Assembly: GCA_905235695.1 (NCBI GenBank)
Contig: CAJOMW010000001.1
Coordinates: 959 to 48,188 of the forward strand
DNA length: 47,230 nt
Direction of reading: 5' to 3'
From: an uncultured Clostridia bacterium
GTDB taxonomy: Bacteria; Bacillota; Clostridia; Oscillospirales; CAG-382
Shown in pieces: positions 45,610-47,230 of the stretch. Each line of letters begins with the position of its first letter. Position 1 is the stretch's first letter. The notes under the pieces are model-generated. The model saw only the letters and a list, made by a program, of their open reading frames with translations, did not search any database and was not told the DNA's origin. The position numbers and the translations under genes were made by a program.

Positions 45610-47040
45610 TTACTCTGCGGGAATAATCGCAACGCCGTCATATACCTCTCCGAACATTCTGTTAAAGTTCTCGACGGCGGTATATTCGCCTATCGCATCT
45701 ATGAAATCCGTGTTTTCCGCAAATATCTCGTAAGTGAGTTCATATCTCTTTATAATGTGATATCCGTATTCGGTTTCGACGATATCGCTGATATTTCCGG
45801 CATCCAGCCCGAACGCAGCGTCTTCAAAGGACTCCGGCATATCGCCTTTTGCAAGGAGATAGCCGAAATCGTTGTAAAGCATCGCCTCATCGCTTCCGTA
45901 TTCTTTGACGGCATCATCAAAATCTCCGCCGTCCGAGAGAAATTTTGCGGCTTCCTGTATCTTTTCTGCGGCGCTCTGCTTTGACTCTTCCGATTCGGCG
46001 TCGAATGGGACGTAGACGTGCTTGACCAAAACAAATTCGTCCTTGTAGGCGTCGTATATTTCATAAGAAGTCGGGCGAGCGTTGTAGATATAGTCGTAGT
46101 ACAGCGCATCGTAGAACATGGAGTGCCAGAAGTTCTGCATATACGCATACTTTGTGACCTTGAGGGAGTTCTCTTCGATTATGGGCTTTACCGAATTCCA
46201 GTGAAGCTCGAAATTATCCTTCAGGGCAGCTGCGTTTTCATCTGATATCCGGTAGTCGTTGCTGCGGAGAATGAAAGAAGTTGCCGCAAATGACTTTATG
46301 ATACCGTCCTCGCTGTCGTCCTCGCTGTCGCCGAGGGATTCCTCTATGTAATCGTGGAACGCTTTCGATACCGTAAAGCCGGTATTTGTGGAGGCGTAAA
46401 CGTCGTTGTCGGCTTGCGTTTTGTCGGATTCGCCGTCGGCAAGAACGTCATCGAGAGTCTTTCCCGACGGGAGCGATACGGAAACTCTCAGCGAGGGCTC
46501 AGCCGTCCTTGCGGCGATAGCGCACAGCTCTTCGACGGATATGACGCTACTGGGAAGGAAAGAGCCGTTTTCATCGGAGCCCGTAAGTATTCCGAGATCG
46601 TACAGTGCAAGCACTTCTTCATGCTCCGGCAAAAAGATGCTGACGTCCGGCAGAAAATCGACTTTGCTTATGTCTTCGCCGTCCTTTATCACCTTTGCGA
46701 AAACGCTTGCCGCAAACAGCCTTGTGGCGTAGGCGTCTCCGGCGTCGCTCTCACGGCTGATGAGCCCGTTTTCAAGGGCGTAAGTAACTGCGTCATTGCC
46801 TTCAAATACCTTCTCGCCTCCGGCGTGAATTACCGCCGCCGCCTTTACTACGTCAAAAGCCCTTGCCGGCGTATTTTCTGAAAAAGCGCCGCCCAGCTCG
46901 ATAAATCCGTGTTCTTCGGCGTAATTTACGTATTTTGCGTACCATTTGTCTCCGCTTATGCCCTCCGCCGCACTTGCGCATACGGACATGGCGATAAACA
47001 TAGCCGATATCACAAGCAAAACAATACTTAATTTCTTCAT
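45610..47040 (-). CDS. Secreted parvulin-type peptidyl-prolyl isomerase (PrsA-like) with N-terminal degenerate SLH-like repeats
   Basis: 476 aa with a signal peptide. The C-terminal PpiC domain is VKHVYVPF...FGYLLAKGDMPESFEDAAFGL...ISDIVETEYGYHIIKR. The N-terminal repeats include DFLPDVSIFLPEHEEVLALYDLGILTGSDENGSFLPSSVISVEEL. Confidence 0.6.
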   Translation of the reverse strand: MKKLSIVLLVISAMFIAMSVCASAAEGISGDKWYAKYVNYAEEHGFIELGGAFSENTPARAFDVVKAAAVIHAGGEKVFEGNDAVTYALENGLISRESDAGDAYATRLFAASVFAKVIKDGEDISKVDFLPDVSIFLPEHEEVLALYDLGILTGSDENGSFLPSSVISVEELCAIAARTAEPSLRVSVSLPSGKTLDDVLADGESDKTQADNDVYASTNTGFTVSKAFHDYIEESLGDSEDDSEDGIIKSFAATSFILRSNDYRISDENAAALKDNFELHWNSVKPIIEENSLKVTKYAYMQNFWHSMFYDALYYDYIYNARPTSYEIYDAYKDEFVLVKHVYVPFDAESEESKQSAAEKIQEAAKFLSDGGDFDDAVKEYGSDEAMLYNDFGYLLAKGDMPESFEDAAFGLDAGNISDIVETEYGYHIIKRYELTYEIFAENTDFIDAIGEYTAVENFNRMFGEVYDGVAIIPAE

Positions 47041-47059
47041 TTTCGGTCTTCCTTTCGTC

Positions 47060-47230
47060 TCATAGAATTTCTTTTATTTCACTCAGCTTGTAAACCGTCG
47101 GCTTGTCCTCCATCTCGGGCGGTACCTTGCCGCGTCTGTAGTTGAACCATATATATTTTAACCCGAATTTTCTCGCGCCTTTTATATCGGCGTTAAGCGA
47201 GTCACCTATCATCACAACTTCGTCTTTTTT
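47060..47230 (-). CDS. HAD-superfamily hydrolase, C-terminal 56 codons only (5' part lies beyond the window)
   Basis: My own translation of the minus strand gives KKDEVVMIGDSLNADIKGARKFGLKYIWFNYRRGKVPPEMEDKPTVYKLSEIKEIL*. It contains HAD motif III/IV (GDSxxxDIxGA). It is absent from the ORF track because no start codon lies in the window. Confidence 0.6.
   Translation of the reverse strand, partial: KKDEVVMIGDSLNADIKGARKFGLKYIWFNYRRGKVPPEMEDKPTVYKLSEIKEIL

Overview
This 47.2-kb window looks like chromosomal DNA from a spore-forming, anaerobic Firmicute (class Clostridia). The evidence is gene content: spoVAC, spmAB, an AbrB-type regulator, [FeFe]-hydrogenase maturases, a V-type ATPase, CsaB, and heavy ATA/AGA codon use. 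No finer taxonomy can be supported. I found no rRNA, tRNA, CRISPR array, transposase, integrase or recognisable defence genes.

Gene content, left to right:
- A Cys-rich protein, ogg and a zinc-ribbon protein.
- An orphan spoVAC, an MBOAT acyltransferase and an orphan parB.
- A membrane protein / MORN protein / TrmH methyltransferase operon.
- A roughly 9.4-kb envelope-polysaccharide cluster: two hexapeptide acyltransferases, a MurJ-like flippase, GT4, DUF4330, an O-antigen-ligase-like protein and a GT4-CsaB fusion. The last gene is translationally coupled to ispE.
- A complete nine-gene ntp-type V-ATPase operon with an intact Na+-binding motif in the K subunit.
- An AraR-like GntR regulator.
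- A minus-strand nifS-ttcA unit followed by a TM1266 regulator-hydG-hydF unit.
- A GH2 plus GH78 glycosidase pair.
- spmAB, an abrB-like gene and an amidase-SH3b gene.
- A 1079-aa GLUG/InlB-repeat surface protein, an SLH-parvulin foldase and a partial HAD hydrolase.

The least explained signal is non-coding. It is a mosaic intergenic repeat family seen at 1-265, 5536-5945 and 8384-8432. Its parts are a 17-nt terminal sequence present three times, tandem heptamer arrays of locus-specific sequence placed next to GATTTTT hairpins, a 52/53-nt conserved box present twice in opposite orientation, and a three-hairpin module. All three loci sit at the immediate 3' ends of genes.

A promoter / intrinsic terminator / RBS leader in front of the hyd maturase operon is a second candidate worth testing. 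Most of the rest is ordinary core genome.
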